A stretch of DNA of 64,000 nt from Bacteroidetes bacterium CG12_big_fil_rev_8_21_14_0_65_60_17 (GCA_002787815.1 PCUY01000072.1:30973-94972), one strand, 5' to 3'; positions 38,529-49,092 are shown, counted from the first letter of the stretch. Notes: a model not told the origin generated them from the letters alone. Program-made: numbers and translations.

Positions 38529-40702
38529 TGCCCACCAACAAGAAGAAGGACTATTCACTCAAAGATGTCGTACCCTGCGCCACGCGGCCACGCCCCGTGC
38601 CACAGCGGGTGTCAGCCAGTGATCACCGGCTGTATCTGAACCGGGAAATGAGCTGGGTGGATTTCAACTGGCGCGTATTGCATCAGGCCCGTGATGCGCG
38701 AGTGCCCGTATTGGAGCGCGCACGATACCTGTCCATCACGGCATCGAACCTGGACGAGTTTTTCCGCAAACGTATTGGTGGGCTGAAGCGTCAGGCGGCC
38801 GCAGGCGTGCAGCGGTTGTCGCCGGACGGGCGCACGCCGGAAGAACAACTCCGTATTGCGCGCGAGGCGGTCTCGGTCATGTCCGACATGTTGTGCGCGA
38901 CTTGGGAACAGGAAGTCAAGCCAGCGCTGCGTGCGGCCAACGTGTGCGTTCGCGCCTACAAAGAGCTGGACGCCGAGCAGCAGAAGGAGGCCGATACGTG
39001 GTTCGAGGAGCACATATTTCCGGTTTTGACGCCACTGGCGGTGGACCCCGGGCACCCCTTTCCGTTCATCTCGAATTTGAGCCTGTCTCTGGCTGTCGTG
39101 CTGCGGCATCCGGGGCGGTCGACCGAGCACTTCGCACGTCTCAAGGTGCCATCCACGCGGGGCCGTTTCCTTCCGCTCTCGGACAGCATTTCCTTCCTGC
39201 CCGTGGAAGATCTGATTCGGCACAACATCGGCTCCCTGTTCCGCGGGATGGAGGTCGCGGGGACGTACGCATTCAGGATTACGCGCAACGCTGACATAGA
39301 ACGAGAAGAAGAAGAAGCGGACGATCTGATATCCATGATCTCGGATGAGCTGCGCGAGCGGCGATTCGCTCCGATTGTACGTCTTGAGGTCGAAAAGTCC
39401 ATGCCGGCAGACGTCTGCGATCTTCTCATGCGGGAACTCGGCCTGCATGCCGAGGACCTCTACCGCGTCGATGGTACGCTCGATCTGACGGGCACGTCCT
39501 ATCTGGCCAACCTGAACCGGCCCGGCCATCAATCTGATGCCTGGAGTCCCATCACCCCGGCACGACTGTTGCACGAAGGTGAGACCGGAGACAGGCTGAA
39601 TATGTTTGAAATCATCAAGAGGGGAGACCTGTTGGTACATCACCCCTATGAGTCGTTCTCGGCCAGTGTGCTGCGATTCCTGGAGGAATCGGCGGACGAT
39701 CCTGACGTGGTGGCTATCAAGCAGACGCTCTATCGCACGTCCGATGAGTCACCAATTGTGAAAGCCCTCGTCCGAGCAGCCGACAAAGGCAAGCAGGTGG
39801 CCGTGCTGATAGAGGTCAAGGCCCGGTTCGATGAGAAGAACAACATTGAATGGGGACAGAAACTGGAGCAGGCCGGTGTGCACGTCACGTACGGGCTTGT
39901 CGGACTCAAAACCCATTCCAAGACGACACTCGTCGTGCGTGAAGAACCGCATGGCCTGCAGACGTATTGCCACATTGGAACAGGCAACTATAATCCCACG
40001 ACGGCACGTCTTTACACGGACTGCGGCCTGTTCACCAGTGCCCGTGACATCGGAACCGATGTGATAAACCTGTTCCACTACCTGACGGGGTATGCTCCGC
40101 AGCAGCGTTACAAACGTCTCGTTGTGGCGCCGCGTGACATGCGGGACACGTTCGTTCGTCTTATCCGGGAAGAGGTGCGTCTCCAGAAAGAGCACGGCAA
40201 CGGCCGTATCGTGGCCAAAATGAACGCGCTCGACGACCTGGATATCATCCAGGAACTCTACAAGGCGAGTTCCGCCGGTGTTCAGATAGACCTGGTTGTG
40301 CGGGGGCATTGTCGGTTGCGACCGGGACTGAAACGCTACTCGGAAAATATCCGCGTCATCAGCATTCTGGGACGCTTCCTGGAGCACAGCCGTATTTACT
40401 CGTTTCACAACAACGGGAAGCCACGCGTCTTCATCGGAAGTGCAGACTGGCAACGTCGGAACCTGGAGGATCGGGTTGAAGTCGTATTGGAAATCGACGT
40501 ACCGGCTATTCGTTCGAGGCTTCTCAGGACACTGGAGTTCGCGCTGCAGGACGCTGCGTCGGCGTGGGAGTTGCAACCGGATGGGCGGTACCTGTTGCGT
40601 GTTCCCGAGGACGAAAACGCGCCCATTTACGGGCTCCAGCAACGGCTCATGGACAGGGCGCAGAAGCGGTTGCAGGAAGCCGATGCCCCTTGGGATGTGT
40701 GA
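38528..40702 (+). CDS. ppk1: polyphosphate kinase 1
   Basis: YLNREMSWVDFNWRVL N-terminus, four-domain length (724 aa), and PLD-like C-terminal halves (GLKTHSKTTLVVR, RFLEHSRIYSF). Its ATG overlaps the dnaG stop. Confidence 0.95.
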   Translation: MPTNKKKDYSLKDVVPCATRPRPVPQRVSASDHRLYLNREMSWVDFNWRVLHQARDARVPVLERARYLSITASNLDEFFRKRIGGLKRQAAAGVQRLSPDGRTPEEQLRIAREAVSVMSDMLCATWEQEVKPALRAANVCVRAYKELDAEQQKEADTWFEEHIFPVLTPLAVDPGHPFPFISNLSLSLAVVLRHPGRSTEHFARLKVPSTRGRFLPLSDSISFLPVEDLIRHNIGSLFRGMEVAGTYAFRITRNADIEREEEEADDLISMISDELRERRFAPIVRLEVEKSMPADVCDLLMRELGLHAEDLYRVDGTLDLTGTSYLANLNRPGHQSDAWSPITPARLLHEGETGDRLNMFEIIKRGDLLVHHPYESFSASVLRFLEESADDPDVVAIKQTLYRTSDESPIVKALVRAADKGKQVAVLIEVKARFDEKNNIEWGQKLEQAGVHVTYGLVGLKTHSKTTLVVREEPHGLQTYCHIGTGNYNPTTARLYTDCGLFTSARDIGTDVINLFHYLTGYAPQQRYKRLVVAPRDMRDTFVRLIREEVRLQKEHGNGRIVAKMNALDDLDIIQELYKASSAGVQIDLVVRGHCRLRPGLKRYSENIRVISILGRFLEHSRIYSFHNNGKPRVFIGSADWQRRNLEDRVEVVLEIDVPAIRSRLLRTLEFALQDAASAWELQPDGRYLLRVPEDENAPIYGLQQRLMDRAQKRLQEADAPWDV

Positions 40703-40734
40703 TTGCAATTACATCAGGCCCTGGTCTCGGTGTG

Positions 40735-41187
40735 TCAGAAAAGACGTTTCATCCGCTCGTCAGCGGGCCGGTCCGGCGGTGTGCGCCGTATCCACCATGA
40801 ATCCGCGCTTGTGTCCTGGCTTCTGTCGAGGGGATCACGATCCAACAGGCGGACGACGACCCCGATCGGGGTGACGAGGACGAAAAAGACCGCCAGCAGG
40901 ATGACGCGCGTCATGATGTAGCCCAGGACAAGCGCGATGGCCATCCAGATCCGGTGAATGGGGCGCACGAAAGCGGCGCGGACCCGTGACAGGCCCCAGA
41001 GAATGCCACATGAAACGGCGGGTATCCAGGGGACGGGCGAAAGCCAGGAACGGGTTGCCCAAGTCCACCACACGGATACGAGAAGGCCGATGGCCAGGAA
41101 GACGGACATTGTGGCGCGGACTGCCCGATCTGACACGTCGACGTGCCGGATTTCTTCGAATATCTCGTGTACAGCTCGCAGCGCCAT
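40735..41187 (-). CDS. SxtJ-family-like small membrane protein
   Basis: IHRIWMAIALVLGYIMTRVILLAVFFVLVTPIGVVVRLLDRDPLDR resembles the conserved core of SxtJ-type membrane proteins. The start is uncertain. Confidence 0.5.
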   Translation of the reverse strand: MALRAVHEIFEEIRHVDVSDRAVRATMSVFLAIGLLVSVWWTWATRSWLSPVPWIPAVSCGILWGLSRVRAAFVRPIHRIWMAIALVLGYIMTRVILLAVFFVLVTPIGVVVRLLDRDPLDRSQDTSADSWWIRRTPPDRPADERMKRLF

Positions 41188-41259
41188 GATTACGGCCGGT
41201 ATATTCGTACTTGCGCGCGCCCCAATGGCACGCAGCAGAATGTACGGTGCAGATCACTG

Positions 41260-41757
41260 ATGGGCTGTATGGATCGTCTTGAATCAATGCTCACGCAGAT
41301 TGTATACGACACGCCTCCGCGTGTACATGCGGTGCTGGAAAAGCCTGCACCGGGCGTTCATGTGCTGGTAGACGAGGCTCTCATGCGGCCGGGTACGGGC
41401 TTCGACGGAAATCACGATCGGGTATCGTGGTGGAAGGGGAGGCCTGTGGAGGGGCGCGAAGTGACGGCCATGGCGTCAGAGGTACTGGATGTGCTGAATT
41501 CGCGCGCGGTCATACCTGGAGACAACCTGATCACCCGGGGCCTGGATCTGCGCGCGCTCCAGGACGGGGATCGGATCCGGGCCGGTGAGGTGGTGCTGGA
41601 GCGAACGGCTTCCATCCATAAGCCCTGCGCACTGTTTGCGGCACGAATATCAGAGGAGGCCCGGCGGGCCGTACTTGCAACCCAAACACGCGGTGCCCTT
41701 TTCGTTGTCCGTGAGGGCGGATTTGTGCGCACCGGAGATCCCATTACGCGCCTATGA
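41260..41757 (+). CDS. MOSC-domain protein
   Basis: GDNLITRGLDLRALQDGDRIRAGEVVLERTASIHKPCALF (MOSC beta-barrel with conserved Cys). Start candidates are 41260, 41269 and 41287. Confidence 0.68.
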   Translation: MGCMDRLESMLTQIVYDTPPRVHAVLEKPAPGVHVLVDEALMRPGTGFDGNHDRVSWWKGRPVEGREVTAMASEVLDVLNSRAVIPGDNLITRGLDLRALQDGDRIRAGEVVLERTASIHKPCALFAARISEEARRAVLATQTRGALFVVREGGFVRTGDPITRL

Positions 41758-42197
41758 AAAGGTCTTTCTGGATTTTCCTCCTGGTATTGTCCGCTGGATG
41801 CGCACCAAAGACATCTCCCGAATCGGGAGCGGACCTGTATGCGGCATACTGCTCCAGCTGCCACCAGCCGGATGGTAAGGGCATCCGCAATGCCTTTCCG
41901 CCCCTGACGGAGAGTGTATGGGTCCAGGGGGATGAAGGCCGTCTGATCCGGCTTGTGCTCCGTGGAATGCAGGGGCCCATCGTGGTTCAGGGCGAGCCCT
42001 ACAACAACGTGATGACCCCACACCGCTTCCTGTCGGATGAGCAGGTGGCCGCCGTACTCACACTCGTGCGCTCATCTTTCGGGAACGAGGCTCCACCCGT
42101 CGAGGCGGAAACCGTGGCGCGAGTCCGAAAGGCAACACCCGAGAGGGGCCTGTGGCAGGCTTCTGAACTGGAGGGCATGCTGGGAGTGCCCAAGTAA
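41754..42197 (+). CDS. c-type monohaem cytochrome (lipoprotein)
   Basis: Lipobox LSAGCAP, CSSCH haem site, and a distal Met region (NNVMTPH). Its ATG overlaps the MOSC stop (ATGA). Confidence 0.8.
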   Translation: MKRSFWIFLLVLSAGCAPKTSPESGADLYAAYCSSCHQPDGKGIRNAFPPLTESVWVQGDEGRLIRLVLRGMQGPIVVQGEPYNNVMTPHRFLSDEQVAAVLTLVRSSFGNEAPPVEAETVARVRKATPERGLWQASELEGMLGVPK

Positions 42198-42203
42198 GGC
42201 GTT

Positions 42204-43607
42204 TCAGCCAGCTCCCGGGATGCCGGGTTCGGTCATGTGTCTCACGTTGAGCACTTCGTCGAGCTTTTTCCCGTCCATGAGACCAAGCTCGAGGACCACA
42301 TCACGAACCGATTTGCGTTCAGCTGCACTTTTTTTTGCCACCTTCGATGCCTGGTCATACCCTATTTCACGGTTAAGGGCCGTTGCAATGGATGGGTTGA
42401 GCTCGAGGAGCTCACGGCATCGTTCCCGGTCGGCTTCAATACCGTCGAGGCACTTTTCCCGGAAAGCATGCAGGGTCCCGGAAAGGATGGAAATGCTTTC
42501 GAGCATGGCATGCGCCATGACGGGCATCATGACGTTCAATTCGAAATTTCCATGCTGATTGCCGATCGTGATGGATACGTGGTTTCCCATTACGCGGGCA
42601 CAGACCATCATCATGGCCTCACTTTGTACCGGATTGACTTTACCAGGCATGATGGAGGACCCCGGTTGAATGGCCGGGAGCCGGATTTCGGCCAGGCCTG
42701 AGGTCGGTCCTGACGAAAGGTGCCTGATGTCGTTGGCAATTTTCATCAGGGACGTGGCCAGCGTGTTGAGTACGCCGGAAGCATGGACATAGGCGTCCTT
42801 TGCGGCCTGGGCCTCAAAATGGTTGTCGGCTTCCCGGAAGGGATGTTCGGTCATCTGCGCAATATGACCAATGGCAGATGCGGCAAAACCCGGCGGGCAA
42901 TTGATTCCTGTTCCCGTAGCAGTTCCGCCGAGGGCCAACTCGGAGAGGTCATCGACGGCGCTTTCAAGTCGTTGGACCGCTTTTTCAAGTTGGGCCGCCC
43001 AACCGGAAAATTCCTGGCCAAGCCGCACGGGCGTAGCGTCCATGAGGTGGGTTCGTCCCGATTTCAGGACATCGTCAAAGTCGCGGGCCTTGCTGTGCAG
43101 CGAGGTGATGAACTCCTTCAGCGCCGGAATCAACTCACGCGTGATACCCAATGTGGCAGCAACGTGCATGGCCGTGGGGATGACATCGTTCGACGATTGG
43201 GACATGTTGACATCATCGTTCGGGTGCACCAGCTTGCTGCCCCGTTCCCCACCGAGAGCGACCGTCGCCAGATTGGCAATGACCTCGTTGGCATTCATGT
43301 TGGTCGATGTGCCGGATCCGGTCTGAAAAATGTCCAGCACGAACTCGGCGTCCCAGGAGCCGCTCCGGACGTTTTCAGCAGCATCCACAATGGCATCCCG
43401 GCTTGACTCGGGCAAGAGCCCCAATTCGTGATTGGCCCGGGCGGCCGATGCCTTGATAATGGCAAGGGCCTCGATGAATCGACGGGGAAAACGAATGCCC
43501 GAGATGGGGAAATTGTCCAATGCACGCTGCGTCTGCGCAGCGTACCAGGCATTTTCGGGGACGTGAACGTCTCCGAGCGAATCCTTTTCAATACGAAAGT
43601 TACTCAT
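42204..43607 (-). CDS. fumC: class II fumarate hydratase
   Basis: MSNFRIEKDSLGDVHVPENAWYAAQTQRAL N-terminus and the GSSIMPGKVNP signature. I trimmed the 577-aa ORF to the ATG at 43607 (467 aa). Confidence 0.95.
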   Translation of the reverse strand: MSNFRIEKDSLGDVHVPENAWYAAQTQRALDNFPISGIRFPRRFIEALAIIKASAARANHELGLLPESSRDAIVDAAENVRSGSWDAEFVLDIFQTGSGTSTNMNANEVIANLATVALGGERGSKLVHPNDDVNMSQSSNDVIPTAMHVAATLGITRELIPALKEFITSLHSKARDFDDVLKSGRTHLMDATPVRLGQEFSGWAAQLEKAVQRLESAVDDLSELALGGTATGTGINCPPGFAASAIGHIAQMTEHPFREADNHFEAQAAKDAYVHASGVLNTLATSLMKIANDIRHLSSGPTSGLAEIRLPAIQPGSSIMPGKVNPVQSEAMMMVCARVMGNHVSITIGNQHGNFELNVMMPVMAHAMLESISILSGTLHAFREKCLDGIEADRERCRELLELNPSIATALNREIGYDQASKVAKKSAAERKSVRDVVLELGLMDGKKLDEVLNVRHMTEPGIPGAG

Positions 43608-43695
43608 GGCGGCAGGTATCAGGATGTGTGTATCAAATGTACACGTATTGCGGACATCTGCGTGTTGATCTTTTCTGAAGATTGTACCTTCCGGG

Positions 43696-44553
43696 ATGCA
43701 GCTGATTGAGACCAGACCGTCCATGTTCGACCACGTCCGATCGTGGAAACGGTCCGGATTCCGGGTAGCCCTCGTACCCACCATGGGGGCGCTGCACGAT
43801 GGGCATTTGGCACTTGTTTCGAGGGCGTCCGACGAAGCCGATGTGGTGGTAGTCTCCATCTTCGTCAATCCCACACAGTTCGGCCCCGGGGAAGACTTCG
43901 ATGCATATCCCCGGGACGTATCGGCAGACGTGGACACCCTCAGGAGGCAAGGCCTGGCCTCCCACGTGTTCGCGCCAGCACCGGGGGAGATCTATCCGGT
44001 GTGGCCGAACAGAACCTGGGTGGAAGTGAAAGGGATGGATACGACGCTCTGCGGTGCGACACGGGAGGGTCATTTCAGGGGTGTTGTCACCGTTGTTTCA
44101 CGGCTTTTTGCCGTGGTACAGCCGGATGTAGCTGTCTTCGGCATGAAAGATGCCCAACAGTTCTTTATTCTCAACAGACTCTGTGAGGACATGGGATTCG
44201 CTACGCGAATGGTGGGCGTTGAGACGGTCCGTGAAGCCGATGGGTTGGCCATGTCGTCGAGAAACCGGTACCTGTCCGATGAGGACCGCCGACGCGCACC
44301 GTGTCTTTATGCGGCGGTCCGGAAGGCGAGGAGTCTCATTCTGGAAGGCGAGCGTAACGTGCGGGTCATTGAAACGGCCATGCGCGAAGAACTGGCTGGT
44401 ACGGACGTGGACTATGCCAGTATAGTAGATACAGCCCTGTTGCGACCCGTGGACACGTTGAGGCCGGGAATGGAGATTCTGGCTGCTGTCGCCGTTTATT
44501 TTGATCGCGCCCGCCTCATTGATAACACTGTCGTGACGGTGCCGGTCCCGTGA
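43696..44553 (+). CDS. panC: pantoate--beta-alanine ligase
   Basis: [15 protein letters not shown] and [13 protein letters not shown] motifs. Confidence 0.93.
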   Translation: MQLIETRPSMFDHVRSWKRSGFRVALVPTMGALHDGHLALVSRASDEADVVVVSIFVNPTQFGPGEDFDAYPRDVSADVDTLRRQGLASHVFAPAPGEIYPVWPNRTWVEVKGMDTTLCGATREGHFRGVVTVVSRLFAVVQPDVAVFGMKDAQQFFILNRLCEDMGFATRMVGVETVREADGLAMSSRNRYLSDEDRRRAPCLYAAVRKARSLILEGERNVRVIETAMREELAGTDVDYASIVDTALLRPVDTLRPGMEILAAVAVYFDRARLIDNTVVTVPVP

Positions 44554-44605
44554 AACCTTCACAGCTCAATGCGATTGGAGCACGAGCAATCACACCTTGC
44601 CGCTC

Positions 44606-44998
44606 ATGCAGCTGACCATGTTTCGTGCAAAACTCCACCGCGTCCGCGTGACGCAGGCAGAGTTGTACTATGAAGGTTCGATCACCATCGACGAAGAACT
44701 GCTCTCGGCAGCGGGGATTCTTGCGTACGAAAAGGTCCAGGTAGTCAATGTAAACAACGGGGCCCGGTTTGAAACCTACACCATTCCGGCCGAAGCTGGT
44801 ACGCGAACCATCTGCCTCAATGGACCAGCGGCCAGGCATGCCGCCGTCGGTGACGAGGTTATTGTCATAGCCTATGCGCGTATGACCCTGGAGGAGGCGA
44901 GGTCCCATGCAGCACGCGTGGTCTTTGTGGATGAGAAAAATGATCCAAGGGAAATCAGGGATCTTCGTGTGGACAGCCCGGAATACGCGCCGGTCTGA
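44606..44998 (+). CDS. panD: aspartate 1-decarboxylase
   Basis: [29 protein letters not shown], including the Gly-Ser self-processing site. ATG at 44606. Confidence 0.93.
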   Translation: MQLTMFRAKLHRVRVTQAELYYEGSITIDEELLSAAGILAYEKVQVVNVNNGARFETYTIPAEAGTRTICLNGPAARHAAVGDEVIVIAYARMTLEEARSHAARVVFVDEKNDPREIRDLRVDSPEYAPV

Positions 44999-45003
44999 AG
45001 GCT

Positions 45004-45978
45004 CTAACTCCCGGCGTCCTGCGAACGGGAGGAATAGGCGTTGATGATGTCCTTCACCAGGCGGTGTCGCACAACGTCTGACTGGTCGAAGTAAACAAAA
45101 TCGATGCCCTGGATTTTCCCCAGGATTTCTTCTGCCTGTACCAGGCCGGACATCTCTTTTGGCGGCAGGTCGGTCTGTGTCACATCGCCCGTCACAATGG
45201 ACCGACTGTTCGCTCCCAGTCGCGTAAGAAACATCTTCATCTGGGAAGTAGTCGCGTTCTGCGCTTCGTCCAGGATCACGAAGGCCGAGTTCAGTGTCCG
45301 GCCACGCATGTACGCCAGAGGCACGATCTCCACGGTATTCTGCTCCATGAACCCATTGAGTTTGTCCCGCGGAAGCATGTCTTCAAGCGCGTCGTAAAGG
45401 GGACGCAGGTACGGATCCACCTTGTCGCGCAGGTCCCCCGGAAGGAATCCAAGGCGTTCGCCTGCCTCGACCGCCGGTCGGCAAAGGACAATTCTCTTGA
45501 CCTGGCGCGACTTGAGTGCAGCCACGGCAAGTGCTACGGCCGTATAGGTTTTTCCCGTACCTGCCGGACCTATGGCGAATACGATATCGTTTTGACGGGC
45601 GGCATCCACAAGCCTGATTTGATTTGCCGTCTTGGCTTTGACGCTGCCGCCTGATGGCGTGAACAGAATGGTATGTGTCGCGGCGCTCGCCTCGGTGGAC
45701 TGGTGCGGGGTGCCGGATCCGTTCTGGAAAAGTGCGAGTACGGTGTCGACATCCCTCTCCGTCAGATTTCCATTCCTGTTGAGGAGAATGATCAGCTCAT
45801 CGAGAATTCGCTCTATCCGTGATATGGCTCTGTCCTGGCCACGGAGAATGACCTCATTTCCCCGTGCCGTAATTTGTGTCTCTGGAAATGCGGCCTCGAT
45901 ACGCCTCAGGTAAATATCATTGAAGCCGAAAAGAAGAAGCGGTTCGGCTTTGTCTATGTGGATGCGTTTATCGGCCAA
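45004..45978 (-). CDS. phoH: PhoH-family ATPase
   Basis: Walker A GPAGTGKTYTAVA and Walker B FVILDEAQN. The ORF-track start at 45978 is TTG. Confidence 0.9.
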   Translation of the reverse strand: MADKRIHIDKAEPLLLFGFNDIYLRRIEAAFPETQITARGNEVILRGQDRAISRIERILDELIILLNRNGNLTERDVDTVLALFQNGSGTPHQSTEASAATHTILFTPSGGSVKAKTANQIRLVDAARQNDIVFAIGPAGTGKTYTAVALAVAALKSRQVKRIVLCRPAVEAGERLGFLPGDLRDKVDPYLRPLYDALEDMLPRDKLNGFMEQNTVEIVPLAYMRGRTLNSAFVILDEAQNATTSQMKMFLTRLGANSRSIVTGDVTQTDLPPKEMSGLVQAEEILGKIQGIDFVYFDQSDVVRHRLVKDIINAYSSRSQDAGS

Positions 45979-46025
45979 ATGGAGGTATCATGGTTGATCA
46001 GGTGAAAAAACGAAGGGAGTACAGT

Positions 46026-46856
46026 ATGACAAGCACCCTGGTGGTGGAATTTACGAAAATGAGCGGCGCCGGAAATGACTTCATTGTTATTGATAACCGG
46101 TTCTATCATTTCAGTGATGACGAGTTGGCTCGTATCGCGAAAAAGTGGTGTCCACGCAGGACGGCTGTGGGTGCAGACGGCCTGTTGGCGTTGAGCCCGT
46201 CGCAGAAGGCGGATTTCCGCATGCTGTACTTCAATGCGGATGGGTCGAGGGGCAGCATGTGTGGCAATGGCGCCCGTTGTCTCGTGCTGTTCGCGACACT
46301 GGCCGGAATATCTCCTGCCGTCCTGGTTTTCGAAAGTGATGCCGGCATGTATGAGGCCCGTGTGACGGGTCATACGACCGTGCGCCTCAGCGTTCCTGCG
46401 CCCCGGGAATTCCACGAAGACATACCCGTCCCGCAGTCGTCCGGATATTCCAACGGGACGCGTATCTGGACCGGAACGGAGCACCTCGTTGTGTTCGTTC
46501 CCTCTGTTGAGGGTGTTGATATTGAGCGTTCCGGACCCATCATGCGTCACGCTCCTGTACTCGGTGAAGCCGGGGCCAATGTAGACTTTGTTGAAGTACT
46601 CGGGGACGACGCGCTTCGGGTACGGACCTGGGAAAAAGGGGTGGAGGCGGAGACGTTGGCGTGCGGAACAGGTGCTCTTGCTTCGGCACTCGTTGCAGCG
46701 CAGGCGGCACGTGTGTCCGGATCGCCCATTGCGGTACACATGCCCGGCGGAACACTCCAGGTTCACCTCGAAGGCAGTCTGATGCATCCGGAATACATTG
46801 CACTTGAAGGTGAAGCCCGCGTCGTATACCGCGGGACACTTGATCTCGTACTGTAG
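46026..46856 (+). CDS. dapF: diaminopimelate epimerase
   Basis: FTKMSGAGNDFIVIDNR and the catalytic Cys motifs SMCGNGARC and ACGTGA. Start at ATG 46026 (45990 is also possible). Confidence 0.9.
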   Translation: MTSTLVVEFTKMSGAGNDFIVIDNRFYHFSDDELARIAKKWCPRRTAVGADGLLALSPSQKADFRMLYFNADGSRGSMCGNGARCLVLFATLAGISPAVLVFESDAGMYEARVTGHTTVRLSVPAPREFHEDIPVPQSSGYSNGTRIWTGTEHLVVFVPSVEGVDIERSGPIMRHAPVLGEAGANVDFVEVLGDDALRVRTWEKGVEAETLACGTGALASALVAAQAARVSGSPIAVHMPGGTLQVHLEGSLMHPEYIALEGEARVVYRGTLDLVL

Positions 46857-46875
46857 GGCCTGCCCCGGAAACAGC

Positions 46876-48963
46876 CTATTGCAGGAACAGCCGGCGGTTG
46901 TCGTCGATGTCGGCCGATTCCCGCAGTGTGGCAACCCACTGCTGCCGGACCTGATTGCGTCGCTGAGCAATAAGGCGCTCCCTCATGTTCTCGATTTCGG
47001 CGGGCGTGAGTGGCGTCGGTTCATTTACGGCTGTGACACGGATTACGTAGGCCGCCGCTTCACCACTCAGCACCTTGCTGACCTCGCCCTCGGCCAGGCC
47101 AATGGCCGTGCCCACGAATTTCGGGTCCCGGCCAAGCCCTGGAATGACCATGTTCGAAAACCCAATTCCTTCTGCCGTGCGCATGGGCGAATTCACAGCG
47201 TTGCCCAGTTCGTCAAAACCATGAGCGTCCAGTGCTTCACGAAGGCGCGCAACCTGGATCTCCGCTTTGAGCTTGTTCCTGAGTCGTGGCTCGAGTTGAC
47301 TTTTGACGTCCTCGAAGTCCCGGTAACCTTCCGGGGTGACATCGTTGAGCCTGGCCACGACGAACTCATTGTTGAGTTCAATTACGTCAGATAAATCGCC
47401 CGGCTTGCCGGATTCAAGAAAAAGCTGCAGGGAACGGCTGTTCCCAAGTCCTGGGATGAATTGCTGTCCTTCCTCCACGCTGACCGTCTGGATGGCGAGG
47501 CCTCTACGCTCCGCCTCTTCTTCGAAACTGCCCTCCTCCGCTGAGAAGAACTGCAGATCGTCCAACTCTGTCTGTGCTGCATTCAATGTGGCGGCACTTG
47601 CCCTGAGACCGAGGGCAAAATCGGCAATCCTGGCTTCCAGTTCTGCCCGATCAGTGACTTCAATCAGGTGGTATCCGAATTGTGTTTCCACGGGACCGAC
47701 AAGACGCCCGACCGGTGCATTGAAGGCAGCCTCTTCAAACTCGGCCACCATGCGTCCTGGGCCAAACCATCCCAGGTCACCGCCACGGCTTGCCGTACCA
47801 TCGTCCCCGAATTCGCGCGCCAGATCTTCAAAACGCTCGCCGCCAACAATGCGCCGACGCACATCGTTGGCCTCCCGCAGCGCTTCGGCACGAGCCTTGG
47901 TGTCGTCCTCGGGCGCACGAAACAGGATGTGTCGTGCCTTGACCGCAGGCTCTTCCGGTTTGCGGACGTCAATTACCTTGATGAGATGAACTTCATCTCC
48001 TGCGATGACGGGACCGACAACGGTGCCGGGTTCCGGGTTCTCGAACACGACGGAAGAAATACTTTCGTCGAGCTCATCCGGGCGGAAGTATGCGCTGGAC
48101 CAAGGCCTCTCGGAGCCGTTTCTCACCAGGAAAAGTGAATCGTTTTCCGTTTCGACAAAAGTGTCGCGCAGTAACTCTACGTCACGGAAAACGGCAGCGG
48201 TATCGGCTGCTGTAGGCGATTTGGACCGGGAGACGTACGAGAACGTATACGACTTTTTGCGCGCAAATTCTTCCTTGTTCTGATTATAGAAGTTCCTCAG
48301 ATCCCGGTCGGAGTAGGAGATGGAGTCGTCGGGCAACGCTGCAAAGCGCAGTGCCACGAATTCAGCGTTGACCGTGAGATTCTGCCGGCGATGTTCTTCC
48401 ATGACATCGGCATCGGATATGCGGACGGTGGCGCCCACCAGATTGTCGAGCTTTTCTCGGCGGCGCTCCTGACGCAGGTAGTTTTCGATGTTGATCCAGT
48501 CCTGTACGGCTTCAGGATTGTCGATGAAGTTCTGCAACAGTGAGCGGTCCACGCCGTCGTTGCCATCGGAAAAGTAGGCTTTGATGATGGGGTGGGGGTC
48601 GGCTCCCTGGACCATATCCACCAACTCTTGGTCCGATACCGCAATGCCGAGGCGGTCCATTTCCTGTTCACGCAGCCGCGACTCGACCAGCTGATTGAAT
48701 ACCCGCTCACGCGTCTGGTCAAGCATCTGTGGCGGCATGCTCTCACCAGCTTGGTTCGAATAGCTCTGCACCTGTGCGTTGACGGCATTATTGAATTCTT
48801 CGACAGAGATGACGTCACCGTTCACGCTGCCAATATTATTGCCAACGTTTCCTACGGCATCGAGACCACCGGAATCCTGGAGGACCCAGATGACACCAAA
48901 GGCAAAAACAAGTATCCAGAGAATGACACCGGTGTTGTCCCGGAGACGGTTCATTACACCCAT
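46876..48963 (-). CDS. PpiD/SurA-like membrane-anchored parvulin peptidyl-prolyl isomerase
   Basis: N-terminal anchor MGVMNRLRDNTGVILWILVFAFGVIWVL and a parvulin core (VKARHILF...GGDLGWFGPGRMVAEFEEAAF). Trimmed to the ATG at 48963. Confidence 0.8.
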   Translation of the reverse strand: MGVMNRLRDNTGVILWILVFAFGVIWVLQDSGGLDAVGNVGNNIGSVNGDVISVEEFNNAVNAQVQSYSNQAGESMPPQMLDQTRERVFNQLVESRLREQEMDRLGIAVSDQELVDMVQGADPHPIIKAYFSDGNDGVDRSLLQNFIDNPEAVQDWINIENYLRQERRREKLDNLVGATVRISDADVMEEHRRQNLTVNAEFVALRFAALPDDSISYSDRDLRNFYNQNKEEFARKKSYTFSYVSRSKSPTAADTAAVFRDVELLRDTFVETENDSLFLVRNGSERPWSSAYFRPDELDESISSVVFENPEPGTVVGPVIAGDEVHLIKVIDVRKPEEPAVKARHILFRAPEDDTKARAEALREANDVRRRIVGGERFEDLAREFGDDGTASRGGDLGWFGPGRMVAEFEEAAFNAPVGRLVGPVETQFGYHLIEVTDRAELEARIADFALGLRASAATLNAAQTELDDLQFFSAEEGSFEEEAERRGLAIQTVSVEEGQQFIPGLGNSRSLQLFLESGKPGDLSDVIELNNEFVVARLNDVTPEGYRDFEDVKSQLEPRLRNKLKAEIQVARLREALDAHGFDELGNAVNSPMRTAEGIGFSNMVIPGLGRDPKFVGTAIGLAEGEVSKVLSGEAAAYVIRVTAVNEPTPLTPAEIENMRERLIAQRRNQVRQQWVATLRESADIDDNRRLFLQ

Positions 48964-49092
48964 GGAATAGAACGGCTGCTGTCGAATTGGAAATAGGCGG
49001 CCGCGCACGGGAGTGCGCTGACCGGTGCGAAGCTGACTAATATACAGCCTTTTTCCGTGAATGTTCAGTACATCCGTACTGAAAAAAAGGTG

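Noticed and set aside
41226-41231. TGGCAC (sigma-54 -24 box) upstream of the MOSC gene
   Set aside because: The position where the -12 TTGC should lie reads AGAAT. No GC dinucleotide occurs at the required spacing.
45968-45975. Perfect sigma-28 -10 box GCCGATAA on the minus strand
   Set aside because: It is codons 2-4 (A-D-K) of phoH (TTG GCC GAT AAA). There is no matching -35 element, and it sits inside a gene rather than upstream of one.
49064-49083. Hairpin TTCAGTAC-atcc-GTACTGAA downstream of the fliA-type gene, considered as a terminator
   Set aside because: On the transcribed (minus) strand the U-run precedes the stem rather than following it, so it does not fit an intrinsic terminator. 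It may be a structural element, but I cannot support a call.
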